From NCBI GenBank assembly GCA_022703375.1, contig JAKLDS010000002.1, positions 20,022 through 84,021 on the forward strand: a DNA stretch of 64,000 nt. The letters run 5' to 3'. The notes beneath the pieces were generated by a model. It had not been told where the DNA came from. It searched no databases and worked only from the letters and a program-made list of their open reading frames with translations. Positions 37,775-47,355 of the stretch are shown here, one piece after another (position 1 is the stretch's first letter; the number at the start of each line of letters is the position of its first letter). Made by a program: the position numbers and the translations under genes. Origin of the DNA: Deltaproteobacteria bacterium (GTDB taxonomy: Bacteria; Desulfobacterota; Syntrophia; Syntrophales; Smithellaceae).

Positions 37775-39100
37775 TCAATATAATTTCTTTAATTGAGCGC
37801 CGCGGAAATAATGAGCGAGAATTGCAGGCGCGCTGTATCCCTGCTCCGCCATGACGGCAGCTCCAATCTGGCATAAGCCGACCCCGTGCCCCCAGCCGGC
37901 GCCTTGAAAAACGAATTTTTCCGGCAGGCCGTTTCTCCGGCCTTTTGTGCTTACGACGAAGGCGCTGCTCAGCAAATGGCTCGGTGAAAGCATCCGGCGA
38001 ATTTCCAGTTCCTTGCCGATAATCAGCTTACGCGCTGTTCCGGCAAGACGCAATTTAATAATTCGACCCGACCGGCCGCGTTCCAGTGGAGTGATGCTTT
38101 GCAGGCCGCCGACAGCAATTCCGGATTTCTGCTGAATGATTGACTCCAGCTCTTCCCGCGGCGTTACAACCTGCCAGCGATAAAAATCAGGCGTTTCCTG
38201 ATCGAAGGCAGGCAGAATCCGGCGCAGTATTTCCTCATTATGCGTATTGCAATAAGCGGGGGGGCTGCCGGTAATCCATCTTCCGGCTTCTTCTTCCGTA
38301 TTGACGGGGCTGCTTTCCCTTTTGTCATCACTGATACTCTGCAGATAAGGGACATTAATATTTTCCCAGGCAACCGGAAAAATTTCAGTTCTGCCGCCGC
38401 AGGCTTTGGAATAGCGGGCGTCGCATATTTCGTTTTCGTAAACGAGAAAGGCGCCGCGCGTGTTTTCCATCGCGCGGGCGACGGCAGATGAAATAATACG
38501 GGAGATGCCCTGGTAGCGCTGACAATGGTCGTCGGCACAGACATCAAATGCCTGATGGTCATTGGTGTCATGCCATTGAATTATTTCATCAGGTCGGCAG
38601 ATTACAGGAGAAGAAGTGATGCCCTGGCGGGTTTTCCTTTCCAGCATCGCCACAAGCCAGCTGCGTGCGGTAATTGCCTGTGCCTTTAAAAATTCGAACG
38701 GCGCCGCGGCGGACATTTCCGAGGAAATTACGGAAGCCAGATATTTTTCCAGTGATATTTCATTGACAAGATTAAAGGTGGAATCGGAATTGGCGCAAAG
38801 CAAAATATCGCCCTGAAACGTCTGCTGCTGTTTTCTCTGCCAGTGAAAATCAATGCCGATTTTGACGTCGAAGAGAGTGAATGTCGTTTCTTCTGTAGCG
38901 GTAAGCCGGATTTCTTTATGCCTGGCGCACAACTTTCCCGCGTCATCGCTCAGTTGCACAGAAGCCGCCAAACCGGCGGCGGCGAGGTTTCCCCTGATTG
39001 TTGCTCCGTTGCTGATTTGATAATTTCCATTGAGCCGGATTTTTGCCTCCCGATAGTTCTGCAATATTGCAACTTTGATTTTCGGCTCGTCGGTAATCAT
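37775..39100 (-). CDS. SpoIID/LytB-domain protein lacking an N-terminal signal peptide
   Basis: 441 aa. AQAITARSW, CADDHCQRYQG and GHGVGLCQIGA motifs. The N-terminus MITDEPKIKVAILQNYREAK is not hydrophobic. Confidence 0.8.
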   Translation of the reverse strand: MITDEPKIKVAILQNYREAKIRLNGNYQISNGATIRGNLAAAGLAASVQLSDDAGKLCARHKEIRLTATEETTFTLFDVKIGIDFHWQRKQQQTFQGDILLCANSDSTFNLVNEISLEKYLASVISSEMSAAAPFEFLKAQAITARSWLVAMLERKTRQGITSSPVICRPDEIIQWHDTNDHQAFDVCADDHCQRYQGISRIISSAVARAMENTRGAFLVYENEICDARYSKACGGRTEIFPVAWENINVPYLQSISDDKRESSPVNTEEEAGRWITGSPPAYCNTHNEEILRRILPAFDQETPDFYRWQVVTPREELESIIQQKSGIAVGGLQSITPLERGRSGRIIKLRLAGTARKLIIGKELEIRRMLSPSHLLSSAFVVSTKGRRNGLPEKFVFQGAGWGHGVGLCQIGAAVMAEQGYSAPAILAHYFRGAQLKKLY

Positions 39101-39404
39101 CGTTTTTACTTATGAGCAAATAAAAAAGAAGTCAAGCAGGTTTCCGGCAAGCAGGCGTGGGAACGCCGCGACTCGCGGGGAAAAATATCAGGCTAACTGC
39201 CCATCATTAAAATCGTGCTTGTACAGAGTAAAGCTGTGGACAAATTTTCCTGTTTGGCTGTGCGCGATAGTTAAATCAGCAGGCATCCGCCGCATGCTTC
39301 CGAGGTTCTCATCGCAAAATGTTTCGCCTCAGGCAACTTAATGCTTGAATATTATTGTTTTATCGTGTATGCAACAAGACATTAAAAGTCGTGGCGGATT
39401 GCTT

Positions 39405-40325
39405 ATGGCTCAAATCTGGCCAATTGGAGGAGGAAAAGGGGGCTCCGGCAAAAGTTTTTTAGCCAGTGCTCTGGGCCGGGTATTGGCTTCCCATGGCAAG
39501 AAGACTCTCCTTATTGATTTGGACCTCGGAGCGGCCAATCTGCACACGATGATAGAGGTTCCCTATCCCGAAAAAGGTTTTTCCGATTTTCTCAGAAAAA
39601 AAATTTCTTCCCTGCAAGATGCAGTGGTAAGAACGCCGATGGAAAATCTTTTCCTGATCAGCGGCGCCAACGATAATCTTGATGTCGCCAATCTTCCCTA
39701 TGAACAAAAACTGAAAACCATGAGGGCAATTTCCAGGCTTGATTATGATTGCATCCTGATTGATCTCGGCGCCGGAACGTCTTTTAACACTCTTGACTTT
39801 TTCATGATTTCACAAAACGGAATTTTTGTTGCTACACCGGAGCCGACGTCCATTGAGAATATTTACCGGCTGGTCCGGGCTATTTACTTCCGCCGGATCC
39901 GCCATTATTATAATGCGGCGGAATTTAAAAATCTGGAAGAACAGTCCTTGCTTGCCTTCGGCAGCGGAGCTTCTTCCAAACCGGAACTCTTGATGCAGAC
40001 CGTGAAAAAAATCCATCCCCAGAAAGGATTTGATCTGGAGAGAGATTTAGATTCTTTTAAATTCAATCTTGTGCTTAATCAGGTGCGCAAACAGGATAAT
40101 GCGGAAATCGGCCGCCAGATATGCCGGGTGATTGAAAGGCATCTCGGCTTTCACATATTGTTTGCCGGCAACGTTTCCTACGATGATCATGTTCATGACG
40201 CTATCTGTCAGCGGGTTTCATTTCTGGATCGTTATCCCTATACACGAACCGCCAATGATTTACGCGAACTGGGAAAACAGATGATGTATCCCGCAGGGGA
40301 GCAGTTGCAGATTTTATATTCGTAA
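39405..40325 (+). CDS. MinD/ParA-family P-loop ATPase
   Basis: ORF from 39345; the ATG at 39405 gives MAQIWPIGGGKGGSGKSFLA (deviant Walker A). Also DLDLGAANL and ILIDLGAG. Confidence 0.8.
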   Translation: MAQIWPIGGGKGGSGKSFLASALGRVLASHGKKTLLIDLDLGAANLHTMIEVPYPEKGFSDFLRKKISSLQDAVVRTPMENLFLISGANDNLDVANLPYEQKLKTMRAISRLDYDCILIDLGAGTSFNTLDFFMISQNGIFVATPEPTSIENIYRLVRAIYFRRIRHYYNAAEFKNLEEQSLLAFGSGASSKPELLMQTVKKIHPQKGFDLERDLDSFKFNLVLNQVRKQDNAEIGRQICRVIERHLGFHILFAGNVSYDDHVHDAICQRVSFLDRYPYTRTANDLRELGKQMMYPAGEQLQILYS

Positions 40326-40480
40326 GTTGTAATGAGCCCTTGATTTTCCGAAAGCCCCATGCATCGTGGATGCACGGAAAATCTTAGAGAGAATTATCCC
40401 GCAGGTGAAGCAGGGCGGGGAACAATCCCGGCTTCAGTCGGAGTAGTAATACCGCTGATTAATCAGCGGCGAGGTTGATA

Positions 40481-41140
40481 ATGGAGAATTACTTTTCTAA
40501 ACTTAACTATTATCAGATGCTGGATATCAAACCGGAAGCGGCCTTCTTTGAAATAAGGCATGCCTACAATGCAGCGCTGCAGATATATCAGGCCGAATCG
40601 CTGGTCAGCTATTCCTTTTTTTCCCGGGAAGAAAGAAGGGAAATATTGGCGCTGCTGGAAAAAGCATATCTGACGCTGATTGATGAAAAATCAAGGCAGG
40701 TTTATGATAATGAGCTTATTGGCCTGGGTGTTATTGCCGAAGTGAAAAAAAAATCCATTCCGAAATCTCCAATCAATATATTTGACATTAACAGACGGAG
40801 CAATGCCGTTGTTGCTAAAACACCGGCCGCCGAATTGCGGGCGAAAATATCGGAAAATCCGGATATCGGAGATATTCTCGCCCGGAATGAAATTACCGGC
40901 GGAGCATTCAAGGAAATCAGAAACAAACTGGCCGTTGAACTGGAGAAAATTGCGCAGGAAACAAAAGTCCGGGTAGATTACCTGCGCAATATCGAGGAGG
41001 ATAATGTTTCGCAATTGCCGGCGGACGTTTTTTTGAAAGGATTCATTAAATCATACCTGAAATGCCTTTGTCTGGAACCGGCAGATGAGCTATGCGCCCG
41101 CTATATGTTGACTGTAGCGGCAAACAGGAAAAAAGCATGA
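40481..41140 (+). CDS. J-domain-like (no HPD) plus RodZ-type HTH protein
   Basis: About 219 aa. NYYQMLDIKPEAAFFEIRHAYNAAL resembles J-domain helices I-II, but no HPD tripeptide follows. The C-terminus LEKIAQETKVRVDYLRNIEEDNVSQLPADVFLKGFIKSY resembles the RodZ/HTH_25 N-domain. An 18-bp perfect palindrome CCGCTGATTAATCAGCGG lies just upstream (40452-40469). Confidence 0.55.
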   Translation: MENYFSKLNYYQMLDIKPEAAFFEIRHAYNAALQIYQAESLVSYSFFSREERREILALLEKAYLTLIDEKSRQVYDNELIGLGVIAEVKKKSIPKSPINIFDINRRSNAVVAKTPAAELRAKISENPDIGDILARNEITGGAFKEIRNKLAVELEKIAQETKVRVDYLRNIEEDNVSQLPADVFLKGFIKSYLKCLCLEPADELCARYMLTVAANRKKA

Positions 41141-42063
41141 GGCTCCGGGAACTTAGCTTTACTGCCGGCGACCAGCAGGAAATTTATTTTTACAACTGGT
41201 TGCCCGAGGGTGAAGTCAAAGCTGTGGTTAGCATTGCGCACGGCATGGCGGAACGAGCGTTGCGCTATGAGCGTTTTGCCGGCGATTTAACCAGCGCCGG
41301 TTTCGCCGTTTACGTCGCAGACCTTCGCGGTCACGGCCGAACTGCCGGTAATCCGGACAATGTAGGTATAGTGGCTACTGATGCCTTAACCCTCATGACG
41401 GACGATTTGCGCCGGTTATCCGGATTAATCAGAAAAGAGTTTCCGGCGGTTCCCCTTTTTCTCTTCGGTCACAGCATGGGATCTTTTCTGGCGCAGGGAT
41501 ATATGATTCAGGGAGGCGAAGAACTGCAGGGGGTCGTTTTATCAGGCGTACTGGGACCGGCTGGTTTATTAACGCTGGCAGGAAAATTAATTGCCGGCGG
41601 CGAAAGCGCGCTGGCAGGAAGAAACTCGCGAAGCAAGCTGTTAAATGTTCTGAGCTTCGGCAGTTATAATAATCAGTTTCAGCCGGCCCGCACCGCTTTT
41701 GACTGGTTGAGCCGTGATTCCGCGGAGGTGGACAAGTATATTAACGATCCTTATTGCGGCGGAGTTTTTCCCGCCGGGTTTTTCTATGATTTATTCAGTT
41801 ACTGGCGTATGATTCACCGTCCCGATGGTTTGCGGAAAATATCGCTCAATTTACCACTCTATTTTATTTCCGGCAGTAATGATCCGGTTGCCGGCAATAC
41901 TCGTGGAGTTAAAAAACTGATAAAAATTTATGAGCAACTGGGTATGAAGGATATAACTTATAAATTTTATGAAGGCGGCCGGCATGAGATGCTCAATGAA
42001 ATAAACAGGGCGGAAGTAATTGCGGATTTAATCAGCTGGCTGGATAATAAAATCCAGAATTAA
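41137..42063 (+). CDS. alpha/beta hydrolase (lysophospholipase/monoacylglycerol lipase-like)
   Basis: ORF from 41092; the ATG at 41137 overlaps the upstream stop (ATGA). HGMAE, GHSMGS nucleophile elbow, and GGRHE. Confidence 0.8.
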   Translation: MRLRELSFTAGDQQEIYFYNWLPEGEVKAVVSIAHGMAERALRYERFAGDLTSAGFAVYVADLRGHGRTAGNPDNVGIVATDALTLMTDDLRRLSGLIRKEFPAVPLFLFGHSMGSFLAQGYMIQGGEELQGVVLSGVLGPAGLLTLAGKLIAGGESALAGRNSRSKLLNVLSFGSYNNQFQPARTAFDWLSRDSAEVDKYINDPYCGGVFPAGFFYDLFSYWRMIHRPDGLRKISLNLPLYFISGSNDPVAGNTRGVKKLIKIYEQLGMKDITYKFYEGGRHEMLNEINRAEVIADLISWLDNKIQN

Positions 42064-42100
42064 AAAGAGCATAAGTCAATTTCCTTCTGCCCAATCCTCT

Positions 42101-42124
42101 GCCCTGGTTACCCTGGGCTTTTTT
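42101..42124 (+). terminator. probable intrinsic terminator
   Basis: GCCCTGG-TTAC-CCTGGGC (one central mismatch) followed by TTTTTT. Confidence 0.5.
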
Positions 42125-42513
42125 AGATGAAAAAGAATATTGCAAGAATAATGTTGAAACAAATACCCGGGGAGAATTCATGTTGCCAGGTTTCTCGAAA
42201 AGAAAAAAAGTAATATAATGTCTTGTCCTGTTCCGTAAAAAGCAGTTAGTTTTACCCACTATTATCTAGCTATTCTTTAAATTTGATTAATTTGTTGGTA
42301 TTGATTAGAATTCTGTCCATGGGCCGCCGCACAATCCCGCAGAAGTGGTGTTTGTGAAACAGAAATGTCAATTATGGAGCTTGCTGACAGTGAAAGCCAC
42401 TCCTTATCAGCAGCATAATAATACGCCCGGGAGATCAGGGAAATCATTTTTCAGAAATTGCGGTTCCTGATTAACAGGAAGGACGTTTTCCGGATTAGAA
42501 AAAGGAGGATAAA

Positions 42514-44067
42514 ATGTACAGCATGCATGCCGGCGATATTTTAACAAACAGAGTCAGATTAACCCCGGACAGGGAAGCTATTTATGACTATCAAAACAAT
42601 AAGCGCTATACCTATAGGCAGTTTAATGAGCGCGTTAATCGGGCCGCCAATTTTCTGACCAATAAACTGGGGATAAAGAAGGGTGACAGGGTGACTTTAT
42701 ATGCGCATAATTGCATGGCTTATCTTGATATTCTTTATGCGGTCGGCAAGATCGGGGCAATAATTTCTCCGCTGAACTGGCGTCTCACGGTTCCCGAACT
42801 TGTCTATATTGCCAACGATTCCACTCCCAGTGTCATTTTTCTGGGACCGGAGTGGGTGGAAAATTACAAGGAACTGAGAAAAGAAACAAAAATTAAACAT
42901 GTGGTTGCTTTGGAGAAGGCTCAGTATGCCGGGGCATTTGATTATGATACAGAACTGGAACTGGCGTCCCCTGAAGAACCGCAGAGGCCGGCCGATTTAA
43001 ATGAAGATGATATTTATTGCATAATGTACACGTCAGGCACGACCGGACGTCCCAAAGGCGCGATGCTGCCGCACCGGCAATTTTTGTGGAACTGTATTAA
43101 CCTTCCCGGCTGCTGGGGTTTGACTGAAAAAGACGTAACGATAATCTTTCTTCCCCTTTTTCATGCGGGCGGCCTTTTTGCCTATCTCACCCCCTTGCTT
43201 TATGTCGGCGGCAGATTCACATTATTGCGCTCCTTTGATGCCGATCTGACTTTAGAATTAATCGAACAGGAAAAATGTACGGTTATTCTCGGAGTGCCGA
43301 CAATTTACCAGATGTGGTACGATTCGCCTGCTTTTAAAAAAGCTGATTTAAGTTCCATGAATTATTTCAATGTAGGCGGCGCACCGATTCCCAAACCATT
43401 GATGGAGAAATGGATAAAGGAAAAAAATATTTATTTCCGGCAGGGATTCGGCCTGACCGAGGTTGGTCCCAATTGTTTCGCGATGACCAATGAAGAATCG
43501 CGGATCAAACTGGGTTCTTTCGGCAAGCCGATTTTTCACAGCGAAGTGAAGCTTGTTGATAAGGAAGGAAAGGAAGTCCCGGTAGGCGAGGCCGGTGAAA
43601 TTACAATTAAAGGGCCTCATGTCTGTCTCGGTTACTGGAACAATCCGGAAGCTACCAGGAAAACGATTATCAACGGCTGGTTCCATACCGGCGATATGGC
43701 CAGGAGAGATGAGGACGGTTTCCTTTACATTGCCGGCCGCAGCAAGGAGATGATTATTTCCGGCGGCGAGAACATCTATTGTGCGGAGGTAGAAGCGGTG
43801 TTTAATGATCATGAGGCTGTCCAGTCGTCGGCGCTGATCGGGAAACCGCATGAAAAATGGGGCGAAATCGGGCTGCTGATTGTTAAGCTGAAACCGGGCT
43901 GTAAAGCTACCAAAGAAGAACTGGTTGAATTCAGCAAAAAAACTTTAGCCAAATATAAAATACCCAGAGAAATCGAATTTATTGACGAAATGCCTTTTAA
44001 TACATTCGGCAAGATTGAGAAACAGAAACTCAAGAAAATGTATAACGCCATTGAAAATGTTGCATAA
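42514..44067 (+). CDS. acyl-CoA synthetase (AMP-forming, fatty-acid--CoA ligase family)
   Basis: 517 aa. YTSGTTGRPKG, GYGLTE-like QGFGLTE, and a GDMARRDEDGFLYIAGRSKE motif. Confidence 0.88.
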   Translation: MYSMHAGDILTNRVRLTPDREAIYDYQNNKRYTYRQFNERVNRAANFLTNKLGIKKGDRVTLYAHNCMAYLDILYAVGKIGAIISPLNWRLTVPELVYIANDSTPSVIFLGPEWVENYKELRKETKIKHVVALEKAQYAGAFDYDTELELASPEEPQRPADLNEDDIYCIMYTSGTTGRPKGAMLPHRQFLWNCINLPGCWGLTEKDVTIIFLPLFHAGGLFAYLTPLLYVGGRFTLLRSFDADLTLELIEQEKCTVILGVPTIYQMWYDSPAFKKADLSSMNYFNVGGAPIPKPLMEKWIKEKNIYFRQGFGLTEVGPNCFAMTNEESRIKLGSFGKPIFHSEVKLVDKEGKEVPVGEAGEITIKGPHVCLGYWNNPEATRKTIINGWFHTGDMARRDEDGFLYIAGRSKEMIISGGENIYCAEVEAVFNDHEAVQSSALIGKPHEKWGEIGLLIVKLKPGCKATKEELVEFSKKTLAKYKIPREIEFIDEMPFNTFGKIEKQKLKKMYNAIENVA

Positions 44068-44076
44068 GAAGTAATC

Positions 44077-44092
44077 CGGCAGGGGAATTGCG
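44077..44092 (+). promoter_or_regulatory. sigma-54-like promoter
   Basis: CGGCAG-GGGAA-TTGCG with correct GG (44078-79) / GC (44090-91) spacing, 43 nt upstream of the ATG at 44134. Confidence 0.45.
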
Positions 44093-44133
44093 TTAAACGT
44101 AATTGTTCAGAGAGAAGAGAGGAGTAAATATAT

Positions 44134-45090
44134 ATGGTTGAAAAAGCTCTGCCCACGAGAAGCGGGTATCTGGAATTGCCCGAAGAGAATGCCAGAATAT
44201 ACTGGGATTATTTCGGCAACGGGGAAAAAGAATGTTGTGTGTTCATGAACGGATTAGGAATGCATACGGAAGCCTGGCATACCTCCGTTCCCAACGTTCA
44301 TCCCGAATTTGATGTTTTGCTTTACGATTATCGCGGCCAGGGCAAATCCACCCGCGACGATGTTCCCTATTATATCAGCGAGTTTGCCAACTACTGCGCC
44401 CGGATAATGGATATGCTTAAGATAGACAAGGTACATACGCAGGGCGTATCCTACGGCGGCTTTATCACCGCCGATTTCGGCCGGCTTCATCCGGACAGAC
44501 TTCATACCCAGACCATATCGGGAATACTCCTGACTGAGCATTTGATGTTTCAACCCTGGTATCAGGAAATATCTTTAACGTTTTATAATAAAGGTTTGCG
44601 CGATTTGGAAGTGTTTGATCTCTACACCCGCTATTTATATGAAAAAACATTCAGCGAGAGATTTCTGGCGATGCTGACACCGGAACGGGTGGAAAGAATG
44701 AGAGTTAAATTTTTTAACAATTATAAGGACAGTATTATCTCCATGATCCGGTTGACGGAAGCCCAGAATCCGTTTTTTGCCAATATCAAGAAAAACGGGA
44801 CGGCAGGATATGACAAAGTTAAAGCTCCCACTCTGATTCTGGCCGGCGAATATGACAGGGCTGTCCCCATCTGGATGCAGCAGCCGCTGCTGGATATCTA
44901 CCCCAACTCCCGGATGTACATACTGCCTGACTGCGGGCATCTGACTTATTTTGAAGAGTCGGAAATATTCTGGGAGAATTTCAAAACGCTGGCCCGGAAG
45001 AAAACCGTCAATTATGAATTGGACTGCAATAAAAAACTGGAGTATCTGGTGCCCGGCCAGAAATGTAAAACAGTGGGCGTCAGGAAATAA
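44134..45090 (+). CDS. alpha/beta hydrolase
   Basis: 318 aa. Nucleophile elbow GVSYGG and a C-terminal PDCGHL His motif. The elbow type resembles the 21144 paralogue (GISFGG). Confidence 0.8.
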   Translation: MVEKALPTRSGYLELPEENARIYWDYFGNGEKECCVFMNGLGMHTEAWHTSVPNVHPEFDVLLYDYRGQGKSTRDDVPYYISEFANYCARIMDMLKIDKVHTQGVSYGGFITADFGRLHPDRLHTQTISGILLTEHLMFQPWYQEISLTFYNKGLRDLEVFDLYTRYLYEKTFSERFLAMLTPERVERMRVKFFNNYKDSIISMIRLTEAQNPFFANIKKNGTAGYDKVKAPTLILAGEYDRAVPIWMQQPLLDIYPNSRMYILPDCGHLTYFEESEIFWENFKTLARKKTVNYELDCNKKLEYLVPGQKCKTVGVRK

Positions 45091-45565
45091 ATAATGATTT
45101 GATAGCGGGATTCCCTTGTCCTGTCAGGGTCTTCCCCCCATACCATCCGGGGAATCCCGCTATTACCGAAAAATAAACATGTCTGATAACAGCAACATGT
45201 CCATAATTTCAGACATATCAGTATTTCTTAATGGCTGTTTATGTTTTTTTCTCCCGATTCACCATTTTCCTTTGGAATAACAAACAGAAATAGGAATTCA
45301 AGATGCCCGACAACAGATGAATTTCTCATTAAAACAGGCACAGGGAATTGGTTCTCTCATAATGTGTCGTATTATTAAGACACATTATAATCCGTGGCCA
45401 TTCCTTTCCGGCTTTTTTTATTAATGGCCGCCGACAATAAACAAAATATCAGCAGTTCTGTGGAATTTTTCCTGTAACCGCAGGATGGCGCGAATCAGAA
45501 CTGTTCTAAGTTAGCGCCGGGCAAGGACATGATTTGGCGTGCTTGAGATTTTTCGGAAAAGCACT

Positions 45566-45581
45566 TGGCTTAAATATTGCT
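45566..45581 (+). promoter_or_regulatory. sigma-54 (-24/-12) promoter
   Basis: TGGCTT-AAATA-TTGCT with GG 45567-68 and GC 45579-80, 70 nt upstream of the TRAP substrate-binding gene. An inverted repeat CAGTTCTG-N-CAGAACTG lies about 60-110 nt upstream. Confidence 0.7.
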
Positions 45582-45651
45582 CCATCAAAACTTCAGCATG
45601 ACATTTATTAATGCCATAAGAAGGACTAAATAGAATAAAGGGAGGTAGAGT

Positions 45652-46740
45652 ATGAAAAAAAGAATCAGTTTGTTGTCTGGGTTGGTATTATTGCTAGTTT
45701 TCTTCATTCAGAGCGCGGCTATGGCCGATGTAATCAGGTGGAAGATGGCGACAGGCAGAACACCAGCCTTGACGCCGTTTCACGAAGCCGATGTTAACCT
45801 GGTTAAAATGATCAACGATATGAGCGGCGGCAGACTTGTCATCACGATTCATCCCGCAGGCGAGCTTATGCCGGCATTCGAAATCTTCGACGCCACACGC
45901 AACGGTGTTATTCAGATGGCTTCCGCGTGGTCAACCTACTGGACATCGAAAAACACCGCTTTCGATTTGATGTGCTCAATGGGCTTCATGATGACCGCCT
46001 CCGACTGGATGACCTGGTTGTATAATGGCGGTGGTCTGGAGTTGGGGCAGGAACTCTACGCCAAATACGGCATGAAGTTCTTCCCCATGGCTGTGACAGG
46101 TCCCGAATCAGGATTCCGCATTCGTAAACCCGTACACACCATTGCTGATTTCAAGGGCATGAAACTGCGCACCGGTGTTCTCCAGACAATCTGGGTCCTG
46201 CAGCAGTTGGGCGCCAGTCCCGTGAGAATTCCGGGCGGTGAAGTCTATATGGCTCTGAAACTGGGAACAATTGACGGCGCCGAATACGGCGTTCCTTCCA
46301 CCGACTGGAATATGAAATTTCAGGAAACAACCAAATACTGGATGACTCCGGCCGGCTGGCACCAGGTAGGAACGGTTTCCGATTTAATGATTAATATGGA
46401 TGCCTGGAACAAACTGCCGAAAGACCTGCAGGCTATTGTCGAATATGCCTGTCGCGCCAACATGACCTGGTCCTATTCCAAAGCCAGCTTTGATGCAATT
46501 GCCGCTGTGAAGAACTTCGAAAAGGCCGGTATCAAGGAAAGCAAGCTGGATCAAAAAACGCAGGATAAAATGGAAGAGCTTGCCATGCAGTTTGTGGAGA
46601 ATGAATCGGCGAAGAATCCGGATTATGCGAAGATTGCCAAGTCCATGGTCAACTATCTCAAAGAGTTTGATAAAGTTAGAAAACTGGAAGGCCGCTTCGG
46701 CGCCGGCACCAGCCTCAAAAAATATCCCAATATCAAGTAA
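45652..46740 (+). CDS. TRAP transporter substrate-binding protein (DctP family)
   Basis: 362 aa. Signal peptide, DctP-like pattern, and followed by small and large TRAP permease genes. Confidence 0.85.
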   Translation: MKKRISLLSGLVLLLVFFIQSAAMADVIRWKMATGRTPALTPFHEADVNLVKMINDMSGGRLVITIHPAGELMPAFEIFDATRNGVIQMASAWSTYWTSKNTAFDLMCSMGFMMTASDWMTWLYNGGGLELGQELYAKYGMKFFPMAVTGPESGFRIRKPVHTIADFKGMKLRTGVLQTIWVLQQLGASPVRIPGGEVYMALKLGTIDGAEYGVPSTDWNMKFQETTKYWMTPAGWHQVGTVSDLMINMDAWNKLPKDLQAIVEYACRANMTWSYSKASFDAIAAVKNFEKAGIKESKLDQKTQDKMEELAMQFVENESAKNPDYAKIAKSMVNYLKEFDKVRKLEGRFGAGTSLKKYPNIK

Positions 46741-46751
46741 CAGTTTTCTCA

Positions 46752-46803
46752 GGTCAGGAAGTCCCGCTCCGGACTTCCCTCCCGGGTAAGGGGCTTCCTG
46801 ACC
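46752..46803 (+). other. intercistronic compound stem-loop (no U-tract)
   Basis: GGTCAGGAAG (46752-61) pairs with CTTCCTGACC (46794-803). An inner perfect hairpin GGAAGTCCG-CTC-CGGACTTCC is present. Confidence 0.7.
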
Positions 46804-46845
46804 GATACAACGACAAAACCTGTTTTGCCCAAGGAGGACCGAATA

Positions 46846-47355
46846 ATGGTGCAGCAAGTGGTTAAATTTTGTGACTCCATCAGCGAATGGACGGGCCGGA
46901 CTGTTAGCTGGCTCGTCTGGGTAGCCATGGGGTTTTGCGTATTCGAGGTGATTACAAGACGAATTTTCAACGCGCCTAATATCTGGTCGTATGATGTGAT
47001 TGACGGTTTTTACTCGGTGCACTTCATGCTGCTGGGGGGATATGCGCTTCTAAAACACGCTCACGTGTCGGTTGATATTTTTTCGGTGCGTTTTTCGAAA
47101 AAAATTCAATCCATAGTACAAATAATAACATATATTATCTTTTTCTTTCCCTTTGCCATAGTGCTTTTTTATGTGGGATTCAACACCGCCGCAGCTTCCT
47201 GGAAAGTATTTGAACGGACAGCCATTGGTCTGCCTCTCGTGATGCCGATTATGAAAACCTGTCTGCCGCTTGCCGCCCTGGCTCTTTTTATTCAGGGAAT
47301 TCCGGAACTGATAAGATATATTCTGATTGTAAAGGAGGACAAGTCCTATGCTTAA
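46846..47355 (+). CDS. TRAP transporter small permease (DctQ family)
   Basis: ORF from TTG 46825; the ATG at 46846 follows AAGGAGGA. Four hydrophobic helices. Confidence 0.8.
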   Translation: MVQQVVKFCDSISEWTGRTVSWLVWVAMGFCVFEVITRRIFNAPNIWSYDVIDGFYSVHFMLLGGYALLKHAHVSVDIFSVRFSKKIQSIVQIITYIIFFFPFAIVLFYVGFNTAAASWKVFERTAIGLPLVMPIMKTCLPLAALALFIQGIPELIRYILIVKEDKSYA

